The translations under genes and the position numbers were made by a program. Below the pieces are notes generated by a model. It was not told the DNA's origin. It did no database searches and saw only the letters and a program-made list of their open reading frames with translations. This document shows positions 1 to 10,136 of a stretch of DNA of 64,000 nt, piece after piece. Source of the stretch: an uncultured virus (IMG/VR IMGVR_UViG_3300029288_000003). Its lineage: Duplodnaviria; Heunggongvirae; Uroviricota; Caudoviricetes. The stretch lies in the IMG/VR virus record IMGVR_UViG_3300029288_000003. One strand, given 5' to 3'. Each line of letters starts with the position of its first letter. Positions within the stretch are counted from its first letter, which is position 1.

Positions 1-2
1 CA

Positions 3-461
3 CTGGACGGAGCCGATGAGATTGTCGAACAGGAACTTAATCGAGTTTTAGATTGTGGCGGCGAGGGAGTTGTTATACGCGATCCTGATGGAACATGGAT
101 GCCTCAGCGCTTATATACGGTGTTAAAATACAAACCATTTGAAGATGCCGAAGGTACGATTGTTGGTTTTACAAGCGGTCGTGAAACGGAACGTGGGTCA
201 AAACATCTTGGAAAGATTGGAGCATTGATTCTTGACTATGAGGGCCAACGACTTGAGTTATCCGGCTTAACGGATGAAGAACGCGAGTTTGCAGATAAGG
301 ATGAATTTTTTGCCCGGACAAATCCTGGGGTTGATATGCCAAAGGGAGTTCAGGCAAAACATTTTAAATATGGACAAATAGTTACTTTTAAATACCGTGA
401 GCTATCGGACGATGGCATTCCTAAAGAAGCCCGGTACATGCGACAAAGGGGTGAAGAATGA
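3..461 (+). CDS. ATP-dependent DNA ligase, C-terminal part (5' truncated by window edge)
   Basis: Frame open from base 3; GEGVVIR (motif IV), LKYKP (motif V), then OB-fold EDAEGTIVGFTSG...IGAL...TFKYRELSDDGIP. Confidence 0.85.
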   Translation: MDGADEIVEQELNRVLDCGGEGVVIRDPDGTWMPQRLYTVLKYKPFEDAEGTIVGFTSGRETERGSKHLGKIGALILDYEGQRLELSGLTDEEREFADKDEFFARTNPGVDMPKGVQAKHFKYGQIVTFKYRELSDDGIPKEARYMRQRGEE

Positions 462-1450
462 GATTACCACATTATTTAAGTCCGTCACAGATTGCTCTTT
501 GGTATTCAGATCGTGATGAATATTATTTGCGACATTTAGCTGAAATGCGTGTGCAAGCAATGCCGCAGGCGACTTATATGTCAATCGGTGCATCATTTGA
601 TGCTTATGTTAAATCAGCAATGTTTGAAACAATTTTTGGTAAAGGGGCGGACCCTCGATTTGAATTTGATGCTATTTTTACCGATCAGGTAGATGAAGTC
701 AATCGTGACTGGGCGAAGGAACACGGCAAGTATGTTTTTGAATCATACAAATTATCGGGAGCGTATGATGAATTATTGTCGTTATTACAACAAAGCAAAT
801 ACGCCCCTCAATTTGAGTTTAAGATTGAAGGCACAGTTGAAAATGTACCACTTTTAGGTAAGCCAGACTTGCGTTTTGTGCATCCTTTAGGTGCCCATGT
901 TATTTTAGACTGGAAGGTAAACGGTTATTGTTCTAGGTCAGCTACAAGTCCTTGTAAGAATTATCGGCTAGTTAGGGATGGTTGGACTGCCGAAGTAGCA
1001 AAAGCGTCTCGTGGCGCTAATTCGCCACATAAGGATTATAAACCAATGGATTGGAAGGGCGTCGAGATTCATAATGGATGGCTGGAAGAAGCTAATTCAG
1101 ATTGGGCGGACCAATTAGCTATTTATTCATGGATGTTAGGAGAGGCTGTAGGGGATGAAAATGTAATCGTATGTATAGACCAAGTGGTAGCCAAACCAAA
1201 TGAACCACGGCCACTACTTAGAATTGCTAATCATAGGGCACGAATTTCATCCGTACATCAACAAAATTTAATGCGGAATATTCAAGCCTGCTGGACGGCA
1301 ATTACTACAGGTTATATTTTTGATGACTTGACTAGAGAAGAAAATGATGAGAAATGTGCGTTACTTGAACAGCAAGCAATCCGCACGAATATTGATACAC
1401 CAGAACAGCAATGTATTAACGATCTGACACGCCAACATAGGTTTAAGTAA
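458..1450 (+). CDS. PD-(D/E)XK superfamily nuclease (RecB/Cas4-like phage exonuclease)
   Basis: LSPSQ N-terminus, GKPD...ILDWK, QLAIY motifs. Confidence 0.7.
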   Translation: MRLPHYLSPSQIALWYSDRDEYYLRHLAEMRVQAMPQATYMSIGASFDAYVKSAMFETIFGKGADPRFEFDAIFTDQVDEVNRDWAKEHGKYVFESYKLSGAYDELLSLLQQSKYAPQFEFKIEGTVENVPLLGKPDLRFVHPLGAHVILDWKVNGYCSRSATSPCKNYRLVRDGWTAEVAKASRGANSPHKDYKPMDWKGVEIHNGWLEEANSDWADQLAIYSWMLGEAVGDENVIVCIDQVVAKPNEPRPLLRIANHRARISSVHQQNLMRNIQACWTAITTGYIFDDLTREENDEKCALLEQQAIRTNIDTPEQQCINDLTRQHRFK

Positions 1451-1953
1451 TGCTTACCAACATACGGAAGCCTGAACCGCAAGACTTAAATTATATCCTT
1501 GACATTGATTTAAAATGTTTTGAGGATAACTGGTCTTATAATGAGTGGAGAGAAACATTATATGACCCGCGTTATGGGGTTCTAGTTGGTACGTACAGAA
1601 GTTTACCTGTTGGATTTATAGTGTGGTTTAGTGGAACAAAAGAAGGTTTAATTACACGCTTAGGAGTTAAACCAGCTTATCAACGAAAAGGTGTTGGCTC
1701 TCAACTTTTATCCGCTGTTGAAGTTATTTTAGTACAGCAAGCTATAAAGGAAGTTCATTTTCCTATTACAGAAAGTCTTTGCCAACCTGGACAATCAAAT
1801 GATGTAAGTCGTTGGTTGACAAAACGTGGTTATCGTGCTACTTGTTTGATACGCGGGAAGGGAATTTATTGCGGGGTGAAGGAAGATGAAATTGTCTTTC
1901 AAAAACTTTTAGAGGAGACAAGTAAACATGCGACAGAGAATCGCAAATCATAG
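1450..1953 (+). CDS. GNAT acetyltransferase (RimI-like)
   Basis: LGVKPAYQRKGVGSQLL acetyl-CoA binding motif A. Confidence 0.8.
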   Translation: MLTNIRKPEPQDLNYILDIDLKCFEDNWSYNEWRETLYDPRYGVLVGTYRSLPVGFIVWFSGTKEGLITRLGVKPAYQRKGVGSQLLSAVEVILVQQAIKEVHFPITESLCQPGQSNDVSRWLTKRGYRATCLIRGKGIYCGVKEDEIVFQKLLEETSKHATENRKS

Positions 1954-2266
1954 AATGAATCGAAGAGATTTCTTTGAATCCAGAGTACGTCCTGTACGCC
2001 CATTGACAAAATTAGAGGTACAAAAAAAAGCTGAACGGTTTGCAAAGAAATATTTAAAGGAACAGGGCTTAATTGGTCCTAAACTCCCTACTATGTGGAA
2101 AGTAGATATTGGTGAAAAAGAGCCACTTATTGTTACGGCCTTAACTCGTTCAGATGCGAGGTCAGAAATTAAGAAAGAACTAGGCGTTAAGAAACTTCCA
2201 GTTGGACTTAAAATTGAAAAGGTAGTTTATGAACCCCCTATTTACAGACAGATTAAAGGCAGCTAA
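1928..2266 (+). CDS. hypothetical basic protein
   Basis: ORF tiling with neighbours. Confidence 0.55.
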   Translation: MRQRIANHRMNRRDFFESRVRPVRPLTKLEVQKKAERFAKKYLKEQGLIGPKLPTMWKVDIGEKEPLIVTALTRSDARSEIKKELGVKKLPVGLKIEKVVYEPPIYRQIKGS

Positions 2267-2465
2267 TCTCACTGGTGAAGTTATATTTAATATCTTCACA
2301 CATTTAGAGACTATTTTGCGCGAGTCAAATTCAGGTCAAGCTGCATTGACTTTGGGCTACATTGCACCGACTGATGATATACAAGAAGGTGACTTAGTAC
2401 CAACAATCAATGTTGTTTTGACACAATATCAAAAGCCGGACTACGATCATGCTAATAAATCCTGA
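2229..2465 (+). CDS. hypothetical protein
   Basis: ORF tiling with neighbours. Confidence 0.5.
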   Translation: MNPLFTDRLKAANLTGEVIFNIFTHLETILRESNSGQAALTLGYIAPTDDIQEGDLVPTINVVLTQYQKPDYDHANKS

Positions 2466-2706
2466 TGTGACACTATTGCCACGATTGCCAGAAGGGGCGG
2501 TGCCATTATCAGGAGTTGGGCACGTACAGTTAGCTATTTATAAGCAAACAAGGTATCATTGGTGCCCGGCATGTGATGGTTGGGTCGCAGGCGACCCAAT
2601 TACAACATTTGAACATGAACGTGGTATTTTATGTGGTAGGCACGGCACGTCATATCATTGCCGCCGCTGTAGAACAGAACTCAGTTTTGTAGGGTGCTAT
2701 TTTTGA
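2449..2706 (+). CDS. small zinc-ribbon protein
   Basis: CPAC ... CRRC pairs. Confidence 0.55.
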   Translation: MLINPDVTLLPRLPEGAVPLSGVGHVQLAIYKQTRYHWCPACDGWVAGDPITTFEHERGILCGRHGTSYHCRRCRTELSFVGCYF

Positions 2707-3503
2707 TGGATTATCCTCGCGTGATTCATATTGAAACAACCGGACGATGCAATTCACATTGCGTATTTTGTCCACACAGTCGGTCATACCGACGACTGAT
2801 GGATATGCCACAAATATTGTTTGAGAAAATTTTAAAGGATGTAAAAGATATACCACAACGAGTTATTATTGTACCTTTAAAACTTGGCGAACCACTTGTG
2901 GACCCATTATTTTCAAAACGCTTGCTACAAATTGATGAACAGCTACCAGAGGCTTATTTAGAATTGCATACAAACCTTAATATATTACCACGCGAGTTTA
3001 TTCCAACACTTAGAAAGTTACGGCGTGTTAATCACATCTGGGTGTCATTGAATTATTATACGGCAGCGAGTTACCAAGCGGCTACCGGAATGAAATTTGA
3101 CCAAACCCTGTACAACATTAAAAAGTTATTGGAAGCCCGACTACCACATACGATTGCCATTGGACGGGTTTTAGATTACACCATCGAGGACCAAAAATGG
3201 TTAGATTGGGTTAGACGCACTTTTCCACAAGCTAAACCGGCATTTTTACATCGTGGAGATTGGTGCAATAATATTGAAACACCAAATACTATCAATGATG
3301 GATTTTGTAAGCGTACACTTGAAGTGTCTATTTGCTGTGATGGTAAGGTCGCACTTTGTTGTATGGATGGGTTGTGTGAATACCCATTAGGAGATATAAC
3401 TAAAGAGCATATTTTAGAGGTTTATAATGGGTCAAAAGCGAGCGCCCTGCGTCGTATGACACAGAGGTTACAAGAACCCTGTGCCTCTTGTACTTTTGTC
3501 TAA
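2706..3503 (+). CDS. radical SAM protein with C-terminal SPASM/twitch domain
   Basis: CNSHCVFC (CxxxCxxC), GEPL, DGKVALCC...LGDI...CASC. Confidence 0.85.
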   Translation: MDYPRVIHIETTGRCNSHCVFCPHSRSYRRLMDMPQILFEKILKDVKDIPQRVIIVPLKLGEPLVDPLFSKRLLQIDEQLPEAYLELHTNLNILPREFIPTLRKLRRVNHIWVSLNYYTAASYQAATGMKFDQTLYNIKKLLEARLPHTIAIGRVLDYTIEDQKWLDWVRRTFPQAKPAFLHRGDWCNNIETPNTINDGFCKRTLEVSICCDGKVALCCMDGLCEYPLGDITKEHILEVYNGSKASALRRMTQRLQEPCASCTFV

Positions 3504-3516
3504 GGAGGCGACAAAT

Positions 3517-4770
3517 ATGTGGGAATTTTTAACGACTCAACTTGCTAATAATCAATTCTTATCCGGCGGTGCGGTACTAGCCATTTTTGGTGGATTAGCA
3601 TTATATCTACGAAGTATCCCTTCATATATTTTTACGTGGACAAAACATCGTTTAATTACAGAAATTGATATTCCAGATCGTGACGAAGCCTTCAAGTGGA
3701 TGAATGTTTGGTTGTCTCAACATCCTTATAAAAAGCGTTGCCGTTGGTGGACGGTTCAAACACGTCGTCAAAGAGATTATGACGAAGGGCCAGGAGATTC
3801 ACGGGAACGAAAGAAACCGAAGATTATTTTATCACCTGCCCCCGGCTTGCATTTTTTGTTTTATAAACAGAAGTTAATGATTTTGTATCGTGAACGAAAA
3901 GATACTCAAGGTAAGGGTGACACGGCGGCATTAGGTTTTCGTGAAACTTTTACCATCAAGTTATTTAGCCGTAACAAACAAGTTGTTTATGATTTGATTG
4001 AAGAAGCAAGACTTGCTGCGCATCCAGTCGATTCAGAACGACTAAGGATTTTACGTCCTGACTATAATGAGTGGTGTGAAATTACAAAAAGATTACTACG
4101 CCCATTCAAATCTGTCATTCTGGATAATGACCTCAGTGGTAGAATCCTACAAGATGTTAAACAGTTTATTGAGTCAGAAAAATGGTATAATGAAATAGGT
4201 ATACCATATCGTCGTGGGTATTTACTTTCTGGCCCTCCTGGTAACGGTAAAAGTTCATTAGTTACTGCAATTGCATCAGAGTTACGTCTTGATATTTGTA
4301 CCTTAAATTTAAGTAACCATAGTCTAAATGACGAAAAACTTGTGGAACTTATGGCGAATGTTCCAATGAATAGTTTAGTTTTAATCGAGGATGTTGACTG
4401 TGTATTCCATGAGCGCAAAAAGGTGGATGATAGTGAAAGTGTTACCTTTTCTGGTTTACTGAATGCAATTGATGGTGTAATGTCTAGTGAGGGCCGGATT
4501 TTATTTATGACAACCAATCATAAAGAAGTGCTGGACCCCGCTCTGATCCGCCCAGGTCGAGTTGATGTAGACATAACAATCGACAATGCATCAAGGGCAC
4601 AGGCCAGTAATTTATTCCTTAGATTCTTTCCTGATATGCCTGATCTGGCTGAGGGCTTTGGTGATAAAATGACAAAAACGTCAGTAAGCATGGCACAATT
4701 GCAAGGGCATTTGTTAAAATATCGGCACGATGCAATCTCGGCCTTGACTTACCCCGTAAATGAGGTATAA
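3517..4770 (+). CDS. BCS1-family AAA+ ATPase with N-terminal TM and BCS1_N-like domain
   Basis: AAGGAGG SD before ATG 3517; NNQFLSGG TM segment, PAPGLHF, GIPYRRGYLLSGPPGNGKSS, LIEDVD, VTFSGLLNAIDG, MTTNH, LDPALIRPGRVD. Confidence 0.9.
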   Translation: MWEFLTTQLANNQFLSGGAVLAIFGGLALYLRSIPSYIFTWTKHRLITEIDIPDRDEAFKWMNVWLSQHPYKKRCRWWTVQTRRQRDYDEGPGDSRERKKPKIILSPAPGLHFLFYKQKLMILYRERKDTQGKGDTAALGFRETFTIKLFSRNKQVVYDLIEEARLAAHPVDSERLRILRPDYNEWCEITKRLLRPFKSVILDNDLSGRILQDVKQFIESEKWYNEIGIPYRRGYLLSGPPGNGKSSLVTAIASELRLDICTLNLSNHSLNDEKLVELMANVPMNSLVLIEDVDCVFHERKKVDDSESVTFSGLLNAIDGVMSSEGRILFMTTNHKEVLDPALIRPGRVDVDITIDNASRAQASNLFLRFFPDMPDLAEGFGDKMTKTSVSMAQLQGHLLKYRHDAISALTYPVNEV

Positions 4771-4775
4771 TTGTA

Positions 4776-5630
4776 ATGATGAAGCGTCTTTTAATAGCCT
4801 TGATTATTTTTCTGCCAAATGTTGTATTTGCACAACAGGCTGATGAATTAAAGAAACACGTTGAGTACCTAGCGTCCCCTGAATTGGATGGACGACAAGT
4901 TGGTACAGCCGGATGTGATAAAGCAGCGGAGTATATTATACAGCAATTAAAGGTATTTGGTTATACCCCAGAAGAACAACCATTTACCATGCAACGAGTA
5001 ACAGCAAAAAATGTAATTGCGGTGCGTAAAGGCAGCCTTGATACGGTAATTGTTGTAGGTGCCCATTATGACCACCTGGGACGCCGTGGTAATCGCTATT
5101 ACCCTGGGGCCGATGATAATGCCTCTGGCACAGCAGCGGTTTTAGAGCTATCTAGGATGCTTAAAACGAGTCGGCGAACCATTGTGTTTATACTATTCTC
5201 TGGGGAAGAGGATGGTTTATATGGTTCGACCTACTATGTAAAGCATCCTAAATATCCAAATGATAAAACGATATTTATGCTTAATCTTGATATGATTGGG
5301 TATTTACGGCGCGATACACAAGCCTACGTACCAGATGTTCATAAAATATTGAAAGAGTTGTATATCCAATATCCATGGGCACCGTCCATAGTTATTTTGG
5401 GTGGTACGGCCAGCGACCAAGAACCTTTTGCAGATATTGGCATACCAGTTGCTTTCTTACATACTGGTTTGCATGGCAATTACCATAGAACAACCGATAC
5501 ACCAGATAAACTTAATTATAAAGGAATGGAGCAGATTGTACGCTTTTCGTATGATTTGATTAAAGCCCTTGACACCCACGATTTACCAGACTACAATATT
5601 ACAGGAGTAAAGTATGAGCCAGTCAAGTGA
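4776..5630 (+). CDS. secreted M28 family metallopeptidase
   Basis: Signal peptide; GAHYDH, GADDNASG, GEEDGL, NLDMIG, YH..TD motifs. Confidence 0.9.
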   Translation: MMKRLLIALIIFLPNVVFAQQADELKKHVEYLASPELDGRQVGTAGCDKAAEYIIQQLKVFGYTPEEQPFTMQRVTAKNVIAVRKGSLDTVIVVGAHYDHLGRRGNRYYPGADDNASGTAAVLELSRMLKTSRRTIVFILFSGEEDGLYGSTYYVKHPKYPNDKTIFMLNLDMIGYLRRDTQAYVPDVHKILKELYIQYPWAPSIVILGGTASDQEPFADIGIPVAFLHTGLHGNYHRTTDTPDKLNYKGMEQIVRFSYDLIKALDTHDLPDYNITGVKYEPVK

Positions 5631-5880
5631 AAGTCTAACTTTGAAGTATTATGGTTTAGAACGGGATTATGAAGGTAAGGGGGAGTGGATTGCTTGCGGT
5701 ATTGTTGGCGCAACGTCTGATGTAACGTATTCCGAAGTACGAGAAGCACTTTCTATTTTGGAAAATTTTAGAGTGCGCCCGATTGAGGACAAAAACGCAT
5801 GGGCCGATGTATTCAAGGCCGGAAAAATTATTAAATTCAAAACTCTTTGTACGGCAATTTTGATTCTATGTACCAAGTAA
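5614..5880 (+). CDS. hypothetical protein
   Basis: ORF tiling. Confidence 0.5.
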   Translation: MSQSSESLTLKYYGLERDYEGKGEWIACGIVGATSDVTYSEVREALSILENFRVRPIEDKNAWADVFKAGKIIKFKTLCTAILILCTK

Positions 5881-6515
5881 TTTGTACGGACGCATTGACC
5901 TTATTAGATTCCATAGATTATGTCCGCATGATTTTTGTGGACCCGCCAGATACTACCAAACGCTCTGGTTATATGCTGTGGTTAGCGGATATTATTGAAA
6001 TGGCCGCAGCAAAATCCGATATATTCTGGTTGTCATACAATTCTAAATGGACTTTTGAAGTCGGGGCAGTTATTGCTAGTTTGTTGCATAGGTATGAAGG
6101 GCTACAAGCAAAGCCTTGTGTTCAAATCTATGAGGACAAGCATCGGCCACTTATTCGTATAACACAGTCAAATGTGGAATTATACCCCACACCTGATAAT
6201 CAAACTTTAAGCGATGTATTTGTATACCCTCGCATTAGTGATACATTGATTGAACGCTGTGTGCGGCTTTGTTGCAAGCCGTATGATACGGTGGTCGATC
6301 CATTTGCAGGCAATGGGACGACTTTACGAGTATGCAAGCGCTTAGGAATATCTTGTACGACTGGTGATATTGATCCAAATTATTGTAAGATGATTGCCGA
6401 GGAAAATGGATTACAACCTGCGATTACTAAATTTTGGCCAGCAGGTCGTTGGTATGGTGGAAAAGGAATAGGACTTGCCCATGCACCAAAGGAACTGACT
6501 AATGGACGAGAATAA
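5868..6515 (+). CDS. N6-adenine/N4-cytosine DNA methyltransferase-like (beta class), possibly degenerate
   Basis: IFVDPPD (DPPY variant) precedes VVDPFAGNGTT (FxGxG). Confidence 0.7.
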   Translation: MYQVICTDALTLLDSIDYVRMIFVDPPDTTKRSGYMLWLADIIEMAAAKSDIFWLSYNSKWTFEVGAVIASLLHRYEGLQAKPCVQIYEDKHRPLIRITQSNVELYPTPDNQTLSDVFVYPRISDTLIERCVRLCCKPYDTVVDPFAGNGTTLRVCKRLGISCTTGDIDPNYCKMIAEENGLQPAITKFWPAGRWYGGKGIGLAHAPKELTNGRE

Positions 6516-6687
6516 TATTCAGTTTGGCGACGGTGTGTGTTTGGACTGTGGATTATTTTGGTCGGAGGCATTATGTAAAGATGAAGATGCAAGTATTTTA
6601 GAATGCTTACGATGTGGTAGTAAAAATTGTCGCTTTGATCCAGTTGAAGGTACTATAGAAGAATTATTTGGGCCATTTAATGATTAA
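6502..6687 (+). CDS. small zinc-ribbon protein
   Basis: CLDC ... CLRC. Confidence 0.5.
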   Translation: MDENNIQFGDGVCLDCGLFWSEALCKDEDASILECLRCGSKNCRFDPVEGTIEELFGPFND

Positions 6688-6859
6688 AGACGAACAAATT
6701 GAAGGCTGGATAGTAGGATACGATGAATGTTGTATTTGTGGTTATACAGGTGTGTTTGTAGCACCTGCAATTTGTGACCTTGATAATATGGAATGTGCCA
6801 ATTGTGGTAATATGACATGCGAAATGATTGGAGACGAACATGGCAGACATTGTATGTGA
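6680..6859 (+). CDS. small zinc-ribbon protein
   Basis: CCIC ... CANC. Confidence 0.5.
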   Translation: MIKDEQIEGWIVGYDECCICGYTGVFVAPAICDLDNMECANCGNMTCEMIGDEHGRHCM

Positions 6860-7091
6860 TTTTGGTGGCCGTCCTATTGAGCCGGGTGATGTGGTTGCGT
6901 ACCCTGTGAGGCGTGGATCAGAAATGTGGCTTCGATCCCTACGAGTGTCACATATTGAAGTTATCCGTTCTACTCCACCAGTTTATCGAATTGCTGGTTC
7001 AAATGATTCAGGGCGTCCAGTCAAATTAGAAAATCCTGATAGATGTGTTATTCTAACAAAGGTGGTGAAAAATGCCGGGACCAGTAAGTGA
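6840..7091 (+). CDS. hypothetical protein
   Basis: GGAGA SD; DFGGRPIEPGDVVAY SH3/KOW-like phage motif. Confidence 0.55.
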   Translation: MADIVCDFGGRPIEPGDVVAYPVRRGSEMWLRSLRVSHIEVIRSTPPVYRIAGSNDSGRPVKLENPDRCVILTKVVKNAGTSK

Positions 7092-7323
7092 TGCGTATGA
7101 TCCTGTGTGGGGTACAACAGATAATGCTAATGAAGTTAGACGCGCTATAAAAAGTGTGCGTGAAATGGTGTCGCATTTGATTGGCAGCGATCCACAATAT
7201 ATTTTAGATGTAATTCGTTATCAGAATAACAATGAAAATTTAAGGCATGTAACTTTAAGTGAACGCCAGTTACGTATTATTAGATTCTGTTTAAGTGTGG
7301 CTTTGAATGAGGAGGTTGTCTGA
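7072..7323 (+). CDS. hypothetical protein
   Basis: ORF tiling. Confidence 0.5.
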   Translation: MPGPVSDAYDPVWGTTDNANEVRRAIKSVREMVSHLIGSDPQYILDVIRYQNNNENLRHVTLSERQLRIIRFCLSVALNEEVV

Positions 7324-7592
7324 TGCCAACTTATGATTATACTTGTCAAGCATGTGGCGAAACTTTTACTGAAAATCAACGCTATGATGATCCTATGCCA
7401 TCCTGTCCTAAATGTAAATCAAAAGATACATTACGACATTTTCCATGCCCGGCTGTGCATGTTTTTTATTCACCTTGCCATCCAAGGCATAATCGTGGAA
7501 TGGTAGATCAAAAACCACCTAAGATTCAACCTCAATTTCGCAATGGTGTAGGCCCAAAGAAGAAAAGGCGCACTAAAAATGACAAAAACTGA
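7323..7592 (+). CDS. FmdB-family zinc ribbon protein
   Basis: MPTYDYTCQACG...CPKC signature. Confidence 0.8.
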   Translation: MPTYDYTCQACGETFTENQRYDDPMPSCPKCKSKDTLRHFPCPAVHVFYSPCHPRHNRGMVDQKPPKIQPQFRNGVGPKKKRRTKNDKN

Positions 7593-8055
7593 AAAACGAT
7601 TTATTAAAGCGAGTTTGCATGTTATAAAGTTATTGTTGATTGCAATTGCAATAGAAGTAGCCCTTCCATTTGCGGGTGGTATTTGGTATTCTAATTGTGG
7701 GGAGAGATATGTAGAGCAAGTTTGGCTAGACCGAGCAATTTTTCATTTGAAAATTTTGCGTAGGCGATGTACCGACCCTGAATTGATTAGTGTTTTAGAT
7801 TATACGATCAATCGGTATCATCATGTCGGCGGATTTGATGTAATGGTAGCTCCGTGCTTTTCTCCTGGTCGTGACTATAAAATAATAGGGCTTAATCAAC
7901 CATATTGCCCCGGAGTTACAATTGATCCAGAAGTCATGTTTTACCCAATCCATGAAGGGGCTTTAGTTTTAGTTCACGAAGCACTACATGATTATTTTCC
8001 ATATTGGGGTCATTCGCATGTTACACCCATTATGAAAAGGATTGAAGCGCTTTGA
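7579..8055 (+). CDS. membrane-anchored protein with HExxH (zincin-like) motif
   Basis: N-terminal TM; LVHEALH...GH. Confidence 0.55.
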   Translation: MTKTEKRFIKASLHVIKLLLIAIAIEVALPFAGGIWYSNCGERYVEQVWLDRAIFHLKILRRRCTDPELISVLDYTINRYHHVGGFDVMVAPCFSPGRDYKIIGLNQPYCPGVTIDPEVMFYPIHEGALVLVHEALHDYFPYWGHSHVTPIMKRIEAL

Positions 8056-8534
8056 CCAGCCTTGAATTTAAGTTGACGACTCGTTTTAACACAGAAAAAT
8101 TGAGTCGTAAATTGAGAAAAGATTGGTTAAGTACCTGTCATCGGTATCGTATTACGTGGCGAAAACAATTTATGGGCGTGTCTGTATTGCCACGGTACTA
8201 TGCCATGCGGCTTAATCGCCGACCTGATGGTACAACTTTTTGGGACTTTGCATTGGATAGCGAACGTCGTCCATATAAGACATTTAAAAGGGCGTATCAA
8301 GCATGTTGTAAGGCAGCGGGTATTCAACTCGAAGAAGAGTTACCTAAACGCCGAAAAAAGAAGGAAAAGAAATATACCATTACTATTTCTAAATCACAGC
8401 TTTTGTCGCACTCGCACGAGGATAACGGATGCGATATTTCAGCCGGTGTGCCAACTTTGGCACAAGATTTGCCCATTAAACGTAAACGTGGACGACCAAA
8501 GGGTAGTAAAAATAAGCCGAAAGATATAAAATGA
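8052..8534 (+). CDS. basic protein with C-terminal AT-hook
   Basis: KRKRGRPKGSKNKPK. Confidence 0.6.
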   Translation: MTSLEFKLTTRFNTEKLSRKLRKDWLSTCHRYRITWRKQFMGVSVLPRYYAMRLNRRPDGTTFWDFALDSERRPYKTFKRAYQACCKAAGIQLEEELPKRRKKKEKKYTITISKSQLLSHSHEDNGCDISAGVPTLAQDLPIKRKRGRPKGSKNKPKDIK

Positions 8535-8658
8535 GCGATAATATTGTGCTTATACTTGGATTCCTAGTGATTATAGTTGCAGGATTTTTGTGCGGCTATT
8601 TGATGTTTTCTATGCTTAAAATACTTTATGAATTGGCACTTATGCAGGTAGTTATTCC

Positions 8659-9315
8659 ATGAATTATACAAAAGAACAGATAGCCGCTGCGCTTGATTAT
8701 GCTGTCTTAAAACCAACGGCAACTTTGGATGATGTTCAGCGGGCGTGTTTTTTAGCTCAGAGAGAACACTTCGCCTCAGTCTGTGTTCGGCCTTGCGATG
8801 TTCAATTTGCCGCCCAATTCTGTGATGTTCCAATTTCAACGGTTGTTGGTTTTCCACATGGAACTAATGCACCAGAAATCAAACGATTAGAGGCGCAACA
8901 AGCAATACGCGACGGTGCCGAAGAACTTGATATTGTTATGAATTACTCTCGTCTTTTAGGAAAAGACTATGCGTATGTTTATAATGAATTACTTTACATA
9001 ACAGAACGACTGCCGTTGAAACCAATTATAAAGGTAATTTTGGAAACGTGTTATTTAACACCGGAGCAAATTACCTCGGCATGTTTATACATTCAAAAAG
9101 TACCTCGCGCGTCGTTTGTTAAAACTTCAACAGGTTTTGGTTCAGGTGGGGCAACTTGTATGGCCGTTGAAATTATGGCTGAGGCAATAAAAACTTCAAC
9201 ACTACAAATAAAAGCAAGTGGTGGTATCAATACCTATCAAGATGTTTGCACCTTTTTAGACTTGGGGTGTACTCGTTTAGGTTCGTCGAAATGGAGCGAA
9301 TTGTTACCATGCTAA
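8659..9315 (+). CDS. deoC: deoxyribose-phosphate aldolase
   Basis: VVGFPHG, GAEELDIV, KVILET, FVKTSTGF, IKASGGI, RLGSS. Confidence 0.93.
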   Translation: MNYTKEQIAAALDYAVLKPTATLDDVQRACFLAQREHFASVCVRPCDVQFAAQFCDVPISTVVGFPHGTNAPEIKRLEAQQAIRDGAEELDIVMNYSRLLGKDYAYVYNELLYITERLPLKPIIKVILETCYLTPEQITSACLYIQKVPRASFVKTSTGFGSGGATCMAVEIMAEAIKTSTLQIKASGGINTYQDVCTFLDLGCTRLGSSKWSELLPC

Positions 9316-10136
9316 ATGTACCACCCATTTATATCAATCTTGCAGACCAACTTCGATTAAAACAATGTCGATATGGTCCAATGCTATTTCTTGCCAATGA
9401 TAGATATATTGGCGGGGCTTTAGATAAATATGGAGAGTTTTCAGAAGGGGAAGTCCACTTGTTTAGGCAGCTTGTGCAACCAAACTGGACAGTTATGGAT
9501 GTAGGAGCCAATCACGGAACTCATACAGTAGCCTTAGCTCAAATAGTTGGAGCTTTTGGTAGAGTTTATGCGTTTGAACCGCAACGGGTTCTATTTCAAC
9601 TGGTATGTGCTAATCTTGCTTTGAATTCACTCGGAAATGTATATGCTTATTGTGGTGGTGTAGGCCGTGAATTAGGCTTTCTTAATGTTCCGCAAGTTGA
9701 TTATACACGCCCAAATAATTTTGGAGCCTTGGAAATGGGAGGCATTGGTGGAGATTCTGTGCCATTAGTTACTATTGATTCCTTAACCTTACCACAATTG
9801 CATTTTGCGAAAATTGACGCCGAAGGTATGGAAGGTGATGTGATAATAGGTGCGACAGAAACAATTGCTAGGTATCGACCATTATTGTACATGGAAAATG
9901 ATCGTGAAGATAAGTCCCCCGCACTTATCCAACAAATGTGGGACTTAGACTACGAATTATATTACCATATTCCATTCTACTATAATCGGTACAATTTTTA
10001 CGGAGTCGCCGAGAATATTTATGGAGGAACAATATCGGTTAATATGCTTTGTGTACCGAACGACAAGCCAATAACAGTGCCTAATGAATGCCATCCAATA
10101 AAAAATGTAACTGACACTTGGAGAATTTGTGTATGA
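9309..10136 (+). CDS. FkbM-family SAM methyltransferase
   Basis: DVGANHG, AFEPQ, KIDAEGME. Confidence 0.88.
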   Translation: MLNVPPIYINLADQLRLKQCRYGPMLFLANDRYIGGALDKYGEFSEGEVHLFRQLVQPNWTVMDVGANHGTHTVALAQIVGAFGRVYAFEPQRVLFQLVCANLALNSLGNVYAYCGGVGRELGFLNVPQVDYTRPNNFGALEMGGIGGDSVPLVTIDSLTLPQLHFAKIDAEGMEGDVIIGATETIARYRPLLYMENDREDKSPALIQQMWDLDYELYYHIPFYYNRYNFYGVAENIYGGTISVNMLCVPNDKPITVPNECHPIKNVTDTWRICV

